A stretch of 64,000 nt of DNA from Malacoraja senta (Eukaryota): contig CM075995.1 in the NCBI GenBank assembly GCA_038087875.1, positions 4,342,001-4,406,000 of the forward strand, given 5' to 3'. Shown piece after piece: positions 1 to 12,224 of this stretch; the stretch's first letter is position 1; each line of letters begins with the position of its first letter. The translations under genes and the position numbers were made by a program. The notes under the pieces were generated by a model. The model saw nothing but the letters and a program-made list of their open reading frames with translations, ran no database searches and was not told where the DNA came from.

Positions 1-264
1 CTGAGAGATTTCTTGCTCTATCCCATTCTCAGCGATGGACAAGAAATCTCCCTCTGACCAAAAAATAATGCTGGGGAATTCCTCTCCAAATAACTTCCCT
101 CTGCAGAATGCCCTTTTGCATGACTTTACCTTCATCATCCTTCTGGTTGGAATCCAGTCCCAATTATTACAGTCAATATCATTTTTATTTTTACATTGCG
201 CTGACGAACAAAATATAAGAATCGTCTTGCAGTGAAATTGGACTAGAGTGTGGAATACAGTGAT

Positions 265-715
265 ACAGTCATAGAGTGATACAGTGTGGAAACAGGCCCT
301 TCGGCCCCACTTGCCCACGCCGGCCAACATATCCCAGCTACACTAGCCCCACCTGCCTGCATTTGTTCCATATCCCTTCAAACATGTCCTATCCATGTAG
401 CTACCTAACTGTTTCTTAAACGTTGGGATAGTCCCTGCCTCAATTACCTCAGCTTGTACCATACACCCACCACACTTTGTGTGAAAAAGTTACCCCTCAG
501 ATTCCTATTAAATCTTTTCCCCTTCACCTTGAACCTATGTCCTCTGGTCCTCGATTCCATTAGATTCTGTGCATCTTCCTGATCTATTCCTCTCATGATT
601 TTATACACCTCTATAAGATCACCCCTCATCCTCCTACGCTCCAAGGAATAGAGACCCAGTCTACCCAACCTCTCCCTATAGCTCACACCCTCTAGTCCTG
701 GCAACATCCTCGTAA
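265..715 (-). mobile_element. CR1-clade LINE 3' fragment
   Basis: ORF 444-707 MLPGLEGVSYRERLGRLGLYSLERRRMRGDLIEVYKI...TRGH is the typical CR1 ORF2 C-terminus, followed by 3'UTR. Confidence 0.85.
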
Positions 716-816
716 AAATGAGGATGGCTGAAGACTGTGGACATCATTTTTTTTTAATCCACTATAGATTTCATTGCTTTAATATTTTACTAAAGCAGGA
801 TTAACCCCAGCCTTAC

Positions 817-963
817 CTGTTTGTCCTTCTTGGATATGATTTATCGAAAATAAGTTCGTTGTAGGGTAACTTCTTAAATTTATCTCTACCCACGGCAACA
901 TAGTATCCTCCATTCTCGAGTTCTGAGCCGTCATTGACAGACCTTCCATCCAGAGTGTGAAGC
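817..963 (-). CDS. DCDC2: Doublecortin domain-containing protein 2, internal coding exon (147 bp; C-terminal half of second DCX domain)
   Basis: Translates (R)LHTLDGRSVNDGSELENGGYYVAVGRDKFKKLPYNELIFDKSYPRRTN, closely resembling human DCDC2 RLYTLEGKLVESGAELENGQFYVAVGRDKFKKLPYSELLFDKS as recalled. Bounded by ttccAG acceptor and AG|GTAAGG donor; phase fits the 20174-20305 exon. Confidence 0.92.
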
Positions 964-2135
964 CTGGAAGATATTACGTGCAAGCAGAAAATGTTCACAT
1001 TGCAATAAAATTAAGGATGATCATGACATAACCCACGAGCAACTTCTTCACAACTTGGCTCAAGGTGCAATGAAATAAGTAATAGTCACAATGTTGTTAT
1101 TCACAGCATTGGGACTTAACGATTCAAACAAACCCATGCAATAATAGGCTTTATCATTCAGCTAACTAGGAACGCAACTTATGTGGATCCAAGGAACTGC
1201 AGACGCTGGTTTACATGTCGGCACTGGGCCTGTACTCGCTGGAGTTTAGAAGAATGAGCGGGGACCTCATTGAAATGTACAGAATAGTGAAAGACTTGGA
1301 TAGAGTGGATGTGGAGAGGATGCTTCCACTAGTGGGAGAGTCTAGGACTGGAGATGGGGAGAAGGCAGGAGAATGGGGTTAGGAGGGAGAGATAGATTGG
1401 ATGGGTATATGGAAGGGAAAGGAATGGAAGGTTATGGTCTGAGTGCAGGTAGATGGGACTAGGGGGAAGTATTTTTTTTTTTTTTTAATTTATTTATTTA
1501 TTTGTTTTTTAATGTTCGGCACGGACTTGAAGGGCCGAGATGGCCTGTTTCCGTGCTGTAATGGTTATATGGTTATATGGTTAGATAGATCAGCCATGAT
1601 TGAATGGCAGAGTAGACTTGAATTGGCCGATTGGCATAACTCCTATCACTTATGACCTTATGAATTTATGCCAATAGAAGGCACAAAGTGGTGGACTAAC
1701 TCAGCGGGTCAAGCTGCATCACTGGAGAAGACGAGCAGGTGACTTTTCAGGTCAGGACATCTTCTTCAAACGGATTGTAGATGTGGGAGGGGGTAGAAAG
1801 CTGGAAGAGAGGAGGGGCAGGACAAAGTCTGGCAGTGATAGGTTGATAGAGGTGAGGGGGATTTTTTAACAGGCAGATGGTGGACAACGGCCAGAGATGA
1901 AAAGACACAAAGTGTGAGACAAAAGGATTGAAGAGTTGTGAATTAAGATCATGTTCATCCGTTATAGGAGCAGAATTAGACCATTTGGCCCATCAAGTGT
2001 AATTCGCTATTGAATCATGGCTGATCTATCTTTTCCTCCCAACCCCATCCTCCAGAAGTAATAGGGCAGAAAGTTGAAGAAGGGATAAGACAGTAAGGTC
2101 AGGTAAAATCAGGCGCAATGTGAGAAGAATACCAA

Positions 2136-5100
2136 ATTTTACTTCGGAGTCACGTGAGTGATTACGTGAAGAAGACCCGTCAGACGCATTGGCGCTCACG
2201 GACGTGAGGTAGTGGAATGTAGTTTTTACAACTCCAAGGTAAGTAAAACACTTTTTGGGAGTTTTTTAGGTCCGTTTGCTGTGGTGGTCTGTTGCGATTT
2301 TTTCACAGGCGCCGTGAACAAAACGGGCACGGGCAAGAGGCGAGGCGCAAAGCCGATAGAGAGCCACAGGAATGCGGTTGGTGAAGGGCTGCCTCATACC
2401 CCTGTAACAGTCGCCGGCTGGGAGCGGGGCGACTGTGGACTTGTGTATTTAGAAAAAGAACGGAGCCAGCGTCAGTTGGGCGCTAGCCAACATGCAAGTC
2501 AGGTCCATGGAGCAAGAGTCAGTTTGGGATTCACCTCCAAGGCTGGATACCACTTTCTGAGTGGATATTCCAAATGGAGAACCTGTACACAGGTTGCTCC
2601 AACAAGACATACTCCAGGAGGAGTGATGTCAGAGCCAGGCTGCAGAATCCAGGTCAGCAGCACCTAGTAAAAAAAAATTGTGCATCCCAGTTTGGCAAAA
2701 GAATAAATCAGGGAAGGTAGTGCATCCGTGGATAACAAGGGAAATCAGGGATAGTATCAAAGCAAAAGATGAAGCGTACAAATTAGCCAGAAAAAGCAGC
2801 CGACTAGAGGACTGGGAGAAATTCAGAGACCAGCAGAGGAGGACAAAGGGCTCAATTAGGAAAGGGAAAATAGATTATGAAAGAAAACTGGCAGGCAACA
2901 TTAAAACTGACTGCAAAAGTTTTCATAGATATGTGAAGAGAAAGAGATTAGTTAAAACAAATGTAGGTCCCTTGCAGTCAGAAACAGGTGAATTGATCAT
3001 GGGGAACAAGGACATGGCGGACCAATTGAATAAGTACTTTGGTTTCGTCTTCACTAAGGAAGACATAAATAATCTGCCGGAAATAGCAGGGGACCGCGGG
3101 TCAAAGGAGATGGAGGAACTGAGTGAAATCCAGGTGAGCCGGGAAGTGGTGTTAGGCAAATTGAATGGATTAAAGGCCGATAAATCCCCAGGGCCAGATA
3201 GGCTGCATCCCAGAGTACTTAAGGAAGTAGCCCCAGAAATAGTGGATGCATTAGTGATAATTTTTCAAAACTCTTTAGATTCTGGAGTAGTTCCTGAGGA
3301 TTGGAGGGTAGCTAATGTAACACCTTTTTAAAAAGGGAGGGAGAGAGAAAACGGGGAATTACAGACCAGTTAGTCTAACATCGGTAGTGGGGAAACTGCT
3401 AGAGTCAGTTATTAAAGATGGAATAGCAGCACATTTGAAAAGTGGTGAAATCATTGGACAAAGTCAGCATGGATTTACGACAGGTAAATCATGTCTGAAG
3501 AATCTTATAGAATTTTTCGAGGATGTAACTAGTAGAGTGGATAGGGGAGAACCAGTGGATGTGTTATATCTGGACTTTCAGAAGGCTTTCGACAAGGTCC
3601 CACATAAGAGATTAGTATACAAATTTAAAGCACACGGTATTGGGGGTTCAGTATTGATGTGGATAGAGAACTGGCTGGCAAACAGGAAGCAAAGAGTAGG
3701 AGTAAACGGGTCCTTTTCAGAATGGTAGGCAGTGACTAGTGGGGTACCGCAAGGCTCAGTGCTGGGACCCCAGCTATTTACAATATATATTAATGATTTG
3801 GACGAGGGAATTGAATGCAACATCTCCAAGTTTGCGGTTGACACTAAGCTACGGGGCAGTGTTAGCTGTGAGGAGGTTGCTAGGAGGCTGCAAGGTGACT
3901 TGGATAGGCTGGGTGAGTGGGCAAATGCATGGCAGATGCAGTATAATGTGGATAAATGTGAGGTTATCCACTTTGGTGGCAAAAACAGAAAAGCAGACTA
4001 TTATCTAAATGGTGGCCGATTAGGAAAAGGGGAGATGCAACGAGACCTGGGTGTCATGGTACACCAGTCATTGAAAGTAGGCATGCAGGTGCAGCAGGCA
4101 GTGAAGAAAGCGAATGGTATGTTAGCATTCATAGCAAAAGGATTTGAGTATAGGAGCAGGGAAGTTCTACTGCAGTTACACAGGGTCTTGGTGAGACCAC
4201 ACCTGGAGTATTGCGTACAGTTTTGGTCTCCAAATCTGAGGAAGGACATTATTGCAATAGAGGGAGTGCATAGAAGGTTCACCAGACTGATTCCTGGGAT
4301 GTCAGGACTTTGATATGAAGAAAGACTGGATAAACTCAGCTTGTACTCGCTAGAATTTAGGAGATTGAGGGGGGATCTTATAGAAACTTACAAAATTCTT
4401 AAGGGGTTGGACAGGTTAGATGCAGGAAGATTGTTCCCGATGTTGGGGAAGTCCAGGACAAGGGGTCACAGCTTAAGGATAGAGGGGAAATCATTTAGGA
4501 CCGAGATGAGAAAAACTTTTTTCACACAGAGAGTGGTGAATCGCTGGAACTCTCTGCCACAGAGGGTAGTTGAGGCCAGTTCATTGGCTATATTTAAGAT
4601 GGAGTTAGATGTGGCCCTTGTGGCTAAAGGGATCAGGGGGTATGGAGAGAAGGCAGGTACGGGATACTGAGTTGGATGATCAGCCATGATCATATTGAAT
4701 GGCGGTGCAGGCTCGAAGGGCCGAATGGCCTACTCCTGCACCTATTTTCTATGTTTCTATGTTTCTAAAGAGCTGCTTGATAGCACCCTCATTGATGAGG
4801 CGCGTGCACAGGGTCAGCAGAGTTCTCCGATACAAGCGAAGACGGCAGCTGCCAGATGTTCTATTTCTGGCAGTACGATTCGCTGCTCTGTGAGAGTTCT
4901 GACCCTGACTCTGACGGTGAGGCCGATACAAGCGAAGACGGCAGCTGCCAGATGTTCTACTCCTGGCAGTACGATTCGCTGCCCCGTCAGAGTCAGGAGA
5001 GCCACTGGGAGAAGAAGTGGCCTCTACGATCAACTATTTTGTCTTCCATCAGCTCCAGTAGCTTACGATGGATGAAAATGCCAAAAAAGCACGAGACCCC

Positions 5101-8100
5101 AAGGAACTGCGTATTGCTGAAAGTACTAGCAGTGAACCAAGATATAAGGGGTCAGATGGGCGAGGGCATGTGAGCCTAAGAAATAAAACTGCAGAGAATA
5201 TTGAAGCTGCTGGGTTGAGGAACAACTGCATTTTTGCAAGAACAATGGATGGAGGCCAGGGATGGAGATGCAGCAAGAGGCACTAGGGTTGCTATGTAGC
5301 GCCCACTTTGAGATGAATTGTTTCAGGAAGTATGCCATTTGGCCCACCATCAACCCCAAGTTGCAGCAACTCTGTAAAGCCCAGCAATGTGCAGTCACTC
5401 AACTTACTCTTCGGCGAAAAACCTCACGAAACGTGGGAAAGAGTTGGATGATGAGGCAAAAACAGCAAGGTTGATCAAAACATCGATGGTCGGCAAGTCT
5501 GTGAAGAGGAGGTATCCTTTCAGACATCATACAGAATCCTGGGCCTACACCAGGAACAAGTCGACCATTGAAGCAGGGGCGCAGTTGGCGTCCTGCAGCG
5601 GGAACACGAAAAAGCGTGGGTTTTCCTGCCAGGAGCCAGGGACCACAGGTCACTCAGGTGACAAAGGAGGTAAGTGGACCTGGTTCTCATGGGAACATAT
5701 TAAGGCAAAAACAGGCAAATATTGGAAGCAAATTACTTCAGATTCATTATTCTGAGTATTATTCAAAGGTTTCGAATTGATTCGATCCAAATAGTGATTT
5801 GCCATCCAGCATGTTCCTAGCAGAACACTCCAATTTCACAAAAAGAAGTGATGGAGGTTCAAGCTGAATTTGAAAACTTGTCTATAAACAAGTAATTGAA
5901 AAGTTGGTTTATCAAAACCACCAAATTGTGTTTAAATTTTCTCGACCAAAAAAGGTGAGGAGTATTTTAGATCTGACAAGTCTTGTGAAATTTGTGAAGT
6001 ATAGACACTTCAAAATGGAGACTTTGAGATTGCCAAACAACTTATTTCAAAAGATGTTATATGGCACCTATAGATCTGAAAGATGTATATTACTCAGTGT
6101 CTGTTCATTTGTAAAATAAAAATATTTGACATTTATCTGAATGAAACAATTATGGCAATTCAAAGTTCTGTCTAATGGGTTAACTTCAGTTCCTAGAATT
6201 TCACTAAATTGGTCAAACCAATTTTGGGGCTAATTAGAGTCCAAGGACAGATGTTGATGGCTTACCTGGATGATGTCCTAATTAGGACAAACAAGAGAAT
6301 TAGTGAGTTATCTCTCTCAATTGTTCAATCCACTTTTGAAAGTTTTGGGTTTAATTCATCCAGAGAAATCAAGGTTAACGCCACTTACAACAATTGATTA
6401 TTTTAATTTCACAATTGATTCAATTGACATGGTAGTAATTTTACCCAGGGTAAAGGGTAGAACTGATTGATGGTTGCATTAAGCTGTTGAAAAAGCAACA
6501 ATCTTCAATTAAGACAGGTGGCCAGCTTGCTAGGAAAATTAGTGTTATTTCCAGCAATACAATATGGGCCATTGCACTACCAGCAACTACAGACGGCAAA
6601 AAGAAAAGGCAGTAAGGTGCATGGTGGCCATTTTGTTAGGCCATGCAGTTAAACAACAAATGCTGCTTCTGATTTGCAGTGGTGGATTTAACATGTCTCC
6701 AGTACTTCGAGCAAGATACTGATTGAACAGCCTTCCATGGTCTTACAGACTGATGTCAGTGCACTAGGATTGGTGCCACTGAAATGGTATCCATCTGTGG
6801 ACAGATGGAAGAGGCATTATTTTTTGCAGACATGGAGAATCAACGTTTTACAGCGGTTGGAAGGCTTATGAGCTCCAAGCTTGTTGTTAATACAACTAAT
6901 CTGCATGTTCAGCTTCAAATTAACAATACTACTTCAATGGCATGTATTAATCGTATGGGTGGAATTAAGTCGGTGTCATGTGACAAATTGGCTTATCAAA
7001 TGTGGACTTGGTGTGTTGACAAATATTTGGTTTCAGCTATTTATCTACCAGGTAGATTCAATATAGTAGCAGACACCAGGTTATGGGAATTTCCATGATA
7101 ACAAAGAATGGATGTTGAACCTTAAGATTTTAATGATATAGTAGTCAGATTTGTGAAGCCAGATACGACTTGTTTCCATCCAGACTCAATCACCAGTTAC
7201 AGAGATATGTGTTATGGGATCTACATCGGGAGACAGTAGCGATTGATGTTTTCTCGCTACATTAGGGTGGTATGTTTTATATGCATTTTCCATCATTCTG
7301 TCTCATAAACCGGTGTCTGCTTAAAATGAAGCAGGATGCTGCCTCTGGGGTACTGGTGGTACCGGACTGGTCTACGCAGCCATGGTTCCCTTTGATATTG
7401 GAATTAATGACACCGTTTCTTATAAAGGTTCCCAAAAGAAGGGATTTACTGATGTATCCGATAATTGGAGTGTAACATCCGTTATATGCCTGTATGGATC
7501 TGTTAATTTGCAGGTTTTAAAAAGAGGATTGTCTGGGCATACTGTGGACATGCTTACAGCAGTCTGGTGGAAGAGCACTCAAAAGCAGTACATTTGCGAA
7601 TCTGAGGTTGTGACTGTAAATGCTGCTTTCCCATTATGTAAAGAATGGGAAAATTTTCTGTGTACAAAAGAATATTGAATGTTGTACGGCACATGTCTCA
7701 AATGTCTTAAGTTTTCTCAACACTCTATTATGAGGGGTTGAGTTATAGTGCGATTTATTCAGCCAGAAGTACATTGTCCTCGTTTTCTATTGATGGGGTC
7801 GGAAAGACATCCTGTTGAGTCTCGTTCTTTCGTTTCCAGATTAATGAAAGGAATTTTAATTCCAGACCTTCTAAACCTAGGTATGGCAATCTGGAATATA
7901 GAGTGGTTTTAAGCTACTTCATCAATGGACTCTTGGTACGATTCTGATTTTGGCCAAATTCAGCATGAAGGTAGTCATGCCTATGGCACTTGTAACAAGC
8001 ACAGAGAGTGCAGATATTACAAAAGTTACAGATACACAGGATGGAAGTACCTCAGGATAATGTTATGTTTTACATTTATGACCTACTCAAATGAAGTAGG

Positions 8101-9015
8101 GTCAGGTGTGACAGGATTCAAGAGTGTTTTATTAGCATATTCCATGGATCCATGTCTATGTGTTAAGACATATTTGTTGCAATTCATTGAGGCTACAAAG
8201 GTCTTATGAAATATGAAAACAAGATTGTTTATCATTCACGAAAAACCATACAAGATAGTGTCAGTTCAGACTATTTCAAGATGGTTAAAACAAGTCTTGG
8301 TTGCTGCAGGTGTTAACAGTGATGTTTTTACATCCCATTCAATTTAGCAGCAACATCGGCGGCCAGGGCGAAGGACGTCCCGTCGACCATATTTTCGCAG
8401 CCGCCGGGTGGTCTAATAAGTTGGTGTTTCAACACTTTTACCGTCGGCCTATTGCCAATACGTGGCTGTTTGCAGATACTATATTAAGTTCTGCTTAAAT
8501 TCCCCTGGGTTAATGGGGATACTGTTAATTCTATTATTCAAATAAATGACTTACTGCATTTTTTCATGCAAATGTCATTAATGCATTATTGATTATTTCT
8601 CGTTCCGAGTCAATCAATGCAGTGAGAAGCCTGGATTTGAATCTGCGGCATGAAATCACAAAGCTTTAAAGTCTTCACGTAGTCACTCGCGTGACTCCGA
8701 AGTAAAATAGTAAGATTAAACGAGAACTTACCAGTTTGAAGTTTGACCTTTATTTTATGAGGAGTTACGTTGGTGATTACGTGCCCACCACGCCCAACCC
8801 TCTTTCATAAAGGTCAGCTGGAAGTTCTAAAATTTACTCGTTTTTACTATGTTACTATGTTACTTCGTTATTGGTATTTTGTGATTTCACACCGCTGCTT
8901 TGAAGATTGACACGCATGCGCCCTGACGGGTCTTCTTCACGTAATCACCAACGTAACTCCTCATAAAATAAAGATCAAACTTCAAACTGGTAAGTTCTCA
9001 TTTAATCTTACTATT
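2136..9015 (+). mobile_element. DIRS1-like tyrosine-recombinase retrotransposon, full-length but degenerate (copy A), interrupted by a CR1
   Basis: Inverted terminal repeats plus ICR at 8672-8783 complementary to both ends. Frameshifted RT (MAYLDDVLI, ~6260), RNase H (LQINNTTSMACINRMGGIKS; IYLPGRFNIVAD), DAM-methylase-like region (VLVVPDWSTQPWFP) and YR C-terminus (VDHIFAAAGWSNKLVFQHFYRRPI). Confidence 0.93.
2668..4766 (+). mobile_element. Young 5'-truncated CR1 LINE nested in the DIRS gag region
   Basis: Near-continuous ORF2 RT pieces (YLDFQKAFDKVPH, SGVPQGSVLGP, degenerate FAVDTK) with few stops; ends in a (TATGTTTC)n tail. Confidence 0.95.
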
Positions 9016-9032
9016 AAAGGTGTGATATGGGG

Positions 9033-9349
9033 ACCGCACGGTGGCACAGCGGTAGAGTTGCTGCCTTACAGCGTCAGAGACCCGGGTTTGATCCTGACTA
9101 CGGGTGTTGTCTGTATGGAGTTTGTACGTTCTCCTCGTGACCGGCGTGGGTTTTCTCCGGGATCTCCCGGTTTCCTCCTACACTCCAAAAATGCGCAGGT
9201 TTGTAGGTTAATTGGCTTGGTAAAAATTGTAAATTGTCCCTAGTGTGTGTAGGATAGTGTTAGTGTACAAGGATCGCTGGTCGGCCTGGACTCAGTGGAT
9301 TAGAGGACCTGTTTACGTGCTGTATCTCTAAACTAAACTACACTAAACT
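9033..9349 (+). mobile_element. tRNA-derived V-type (HE1-like) SINE
   Basis: GGTGGCACAGCGGTAGAG A-box, GGTTTGATCC B-box, V-like core (GGTTTCCTCCTACACTCCAAA) and (TAAAC)n tail. Similar copies at ~10497-10793(-), 17235-17530(-), 18976-19270(+), 22600-22900(+), 24604-24905(-), 25561-25840(+), 31157-31870(+, interrupted), 33765-34077(+), 42775-43060(+), 45705-45994(+). Confidence 0.85.
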
Positions 9350-9409
9350 ATTTGAATACACATAGTATACAGAACAAAGGAGAAGAGCTTGTAGCACAAT
9401 TAGAAATTC

Positions 9410-10380
9410 CTGCCTGTGCTGTTCCACCGTTATTCCTGCTAGGATCCCTTTCCAAACAACCTTAGCCAGTTCCTCCATCATGCCTCTGTAATCACCATTG
9501 TTCAACAGTAATACCAACGTATTTTATCTTCTCCCTCTCAAATTGCAGGTTGAATTTTATCATGTTATGGTCACTACCTCCTAGTGGTTCCTTTATCTTA
9601 AGCTCCCTTATCAAATCTAATTCATTACAGATACCAAATCCAGAATTGCTTGTCCCAAACTGCTCGAAGAAACCATCTCGGAGGCACTCTACAAATTCCC
9701 TCTCTAGGGGTCCAGTACTAACCTGATTTCCCCAGTCTACCTGCATATTGAAATCCCCCATGACCACTGTAACATTGCCTCTCTTACATGCCGATTGTAT
9801 CTCCTGATGTACTTGGTACCCTACAACCTTGCGACTGTTTGCGGGCCTGTAAATAACTCCCATCAGGGTCTTTTTACTCATGCAGTTTCTTAGTTCTACC
9901 TACAAGGACTCTACATCTTCCGATCCTATGTCACCCCTTGCTAAGGACCGAGTTTCATTCCTCACCAGCAGAGCTACCCCACTCCCCTCTGCCCACCTGT
10001 CTGTTTTTTCGATAGAACGCAAAACCTTGAATATACACCCAACCCCTCTCTCAGCCACATCTCTGTAATGCCCACAACGTCGTACCTACCAATTTCCAAC
10101 TCTGCCACAAGCTCATCAACTTTGTTCCATATATAGATATTCAAATATAATAATAATAATAATACATTTTATTTATATAGCGCTTTTGAGGACTCAAAGT
10201 CGTATACTTCAGCATTCATCATCCATCTTCTTACATTCCTCACAATTTTACCTGACCTTACTCTCTTATCCCTTCTTAAATGTTTTGCCCTATTGTTTCT
10301 GGAGACTTCAGTAACCTCTCCTGCACGCTCCTTCACTTTAACTTCATCCATACAATTACAATTTGCTGGCTAGAGGAGTG
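9410..10380 (-). mobile_element. CR1 LINE fragment (APE endonuclease region), degenerate
   Basis: ORF 9492-9881 contains GVIYRP, VVMGDFN and GGSDHNMI APE motifs. Confidence 0.85.
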
Positions 10381-11126
10381 CCGTGGAGATCAGTCCCATC
10401 TGTTCACAATAGTGGTTTAGAAGAGCAGTTGCAAGAAGCATTTTCATTTTATCTTCAAACCTTGGCTTTGGATTAATATTGCTGTGGTGACCATTTCAGT
10501 TTAGTTTAGTTTAGAGATACAGCGCGGATAAACAGGCCCTTCGGTCCGCACTGACCAGCGATCCCCGCACACTAACACTATCCTACACAGACTAGGGACA
10601 ATTTACATTTATACCGAGCCAGTTAACCTGCAAACCTGCACGTCTTTAGAGTGTGGGAGGAAATGGAAGATCTCGGAGAAAGCCGCGCGGTCACGGCGAG
10701 AACGTACAAACTCCGTACAGACAGCACCCGTAGTCGGGATCGAACCCTGATCTCTGGCGCTGTAAGGCAGCAATTCTATGGCTGCGCCACCGTGATACCC
10801 ATTTCACTGCTCTCATTTTACATAATTATTTAAAGATTGTGGTTGTTATCACAATTCAAAGAGTCTGATCTCGTTTTTTGTGTCTATCTTCATGATAAAT
10901 GAACAGTCTACTAATTTCTAAGAGTCTGACCTCCAGTACTAGTACAAATGTTGAGACAATCCTTTACCTCGCCATGGTTGAATATGTTCCTTTAACAATG
11001 TATGAATCAGAAATTTAGCGTCTATTGAAATAACCTCAAATCCGCAAGAATTCACATCCCTGAGACTGAGGAAAACAGCTGCTTTTAGTATGACTCCTCA
11101 ATGAGAACATTATGTAGACGTTATAT

Positions 11127-12171
11127 TAGGTATGTTACAAAACTTACCTTCAGCGGCGCTGCAGTTCTGTCACTGCCTGTGTGCGCGACTTTGGCGCCTT
11201 TGAGAGGGGGGCGGGTTTAAAATGCCTTGTTTCTCCAACCTATTCAAATCGATGTCTGTTCAGGCTATTTAGCTGCTAAAGAATAATCGCTTCAACTGCC
11301 GTTTTATTAAGTTTCTTTTAAACTGCACTGGATATTTTACGAACAGGAGTAAATTAAAAATAATCTTGTATAGCCGTCAACGCCGACAACGGGGACGGAT
11401 TTCATGTACGGGACAGGTAAAGGTAAGCCGTTCATTTTATATATAAACTAGCTTCCAAGGATGCCTTTAATCAAAATTTCACGTTGCGAAAATGTAATTA
11501 TGTAAATATACGAGCCGGCAGTATTTTTCCTGCCGATATGAGGTTTAAATTCACCGCAAATGCAACGTTCCAAACCAGCGCGTTCCACAAAAACCCACTC
11601 GCAAGATGATTTAAATGGCCATTAATTTACGGGAATTAAACACTAAATTCCTTCCATTTGGCCTATAAATTAATGACAATGAGATTTTAAAATCATGTTA
11701 TATTGTGAATTATTGTGTGAATGTTATTTGAACACTTAGGCTATTTAAAAATGTTAACTTTTTCTTAAGAAATGGATAGATGTTTAGATCTAGTAATTGA
11801 ATTTTGTAATTAGCTACAATTGGGTAACTAACTAATTATATGCTATAATTTCAGGTCATCCAAGTAAGATTGTTTCACATTTGTTTCAGAATGCTTCAAT
11901 CTATAATAACTGAAAATTTCATTCAGTTCTCTTAATTTTTAAGAAAGTTATGGGCTTTTGACTGTCCTTGATCACAGCTTTTGTGTTAAGTCAATGGAAA
12001 AGCAATAGGGAACAAGATGCTAATTTCAGAGTATGTAAATGGCCATAACCTTTTTAATACTGAAGATATGAAAGTGAATTAGGTGTCAAATTAAACTTAT
12101 TTTTATGCTTTATCTGATGGGATAAATTGCAGACTTGATTTTTTAAATCTCAAGATTTTGTAACGCTAGTA
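11127..12171. mobile_element. Putative non-autonomous DNA transposon, unclassified (~1.05 kb)
   Basis: Short imperfect inverted ends TAGGTATGTTACAAAA ... TTTTGTAACGCTAGTA in an AT-rich target; no ORF; TSD unclear. Confidence 0.5.
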
Positions 12172-12224
12172 TATAGCGTACATATATATATATAAAGTAC
12201 ACATAATGTTCCCATGAGTGTATA

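Noticed and set aside
813..998. 61-aa ORF as a standalone gene
   Set aside because: Its N-terminal residues are intronic; only 817-963 is exon.
3578..4282. Antisense ORFs over CR1 copies (also 15969-16361, 36170-36604, 39296-39664)
   Set aside because: Shadow frames of CR1 ORF2 that recur only because the element is repeated.
9033..9110. tRNA genes
   Set aside because: A/B-box heads continue into SINE bodies and tails; no full cloverleaf is evident.
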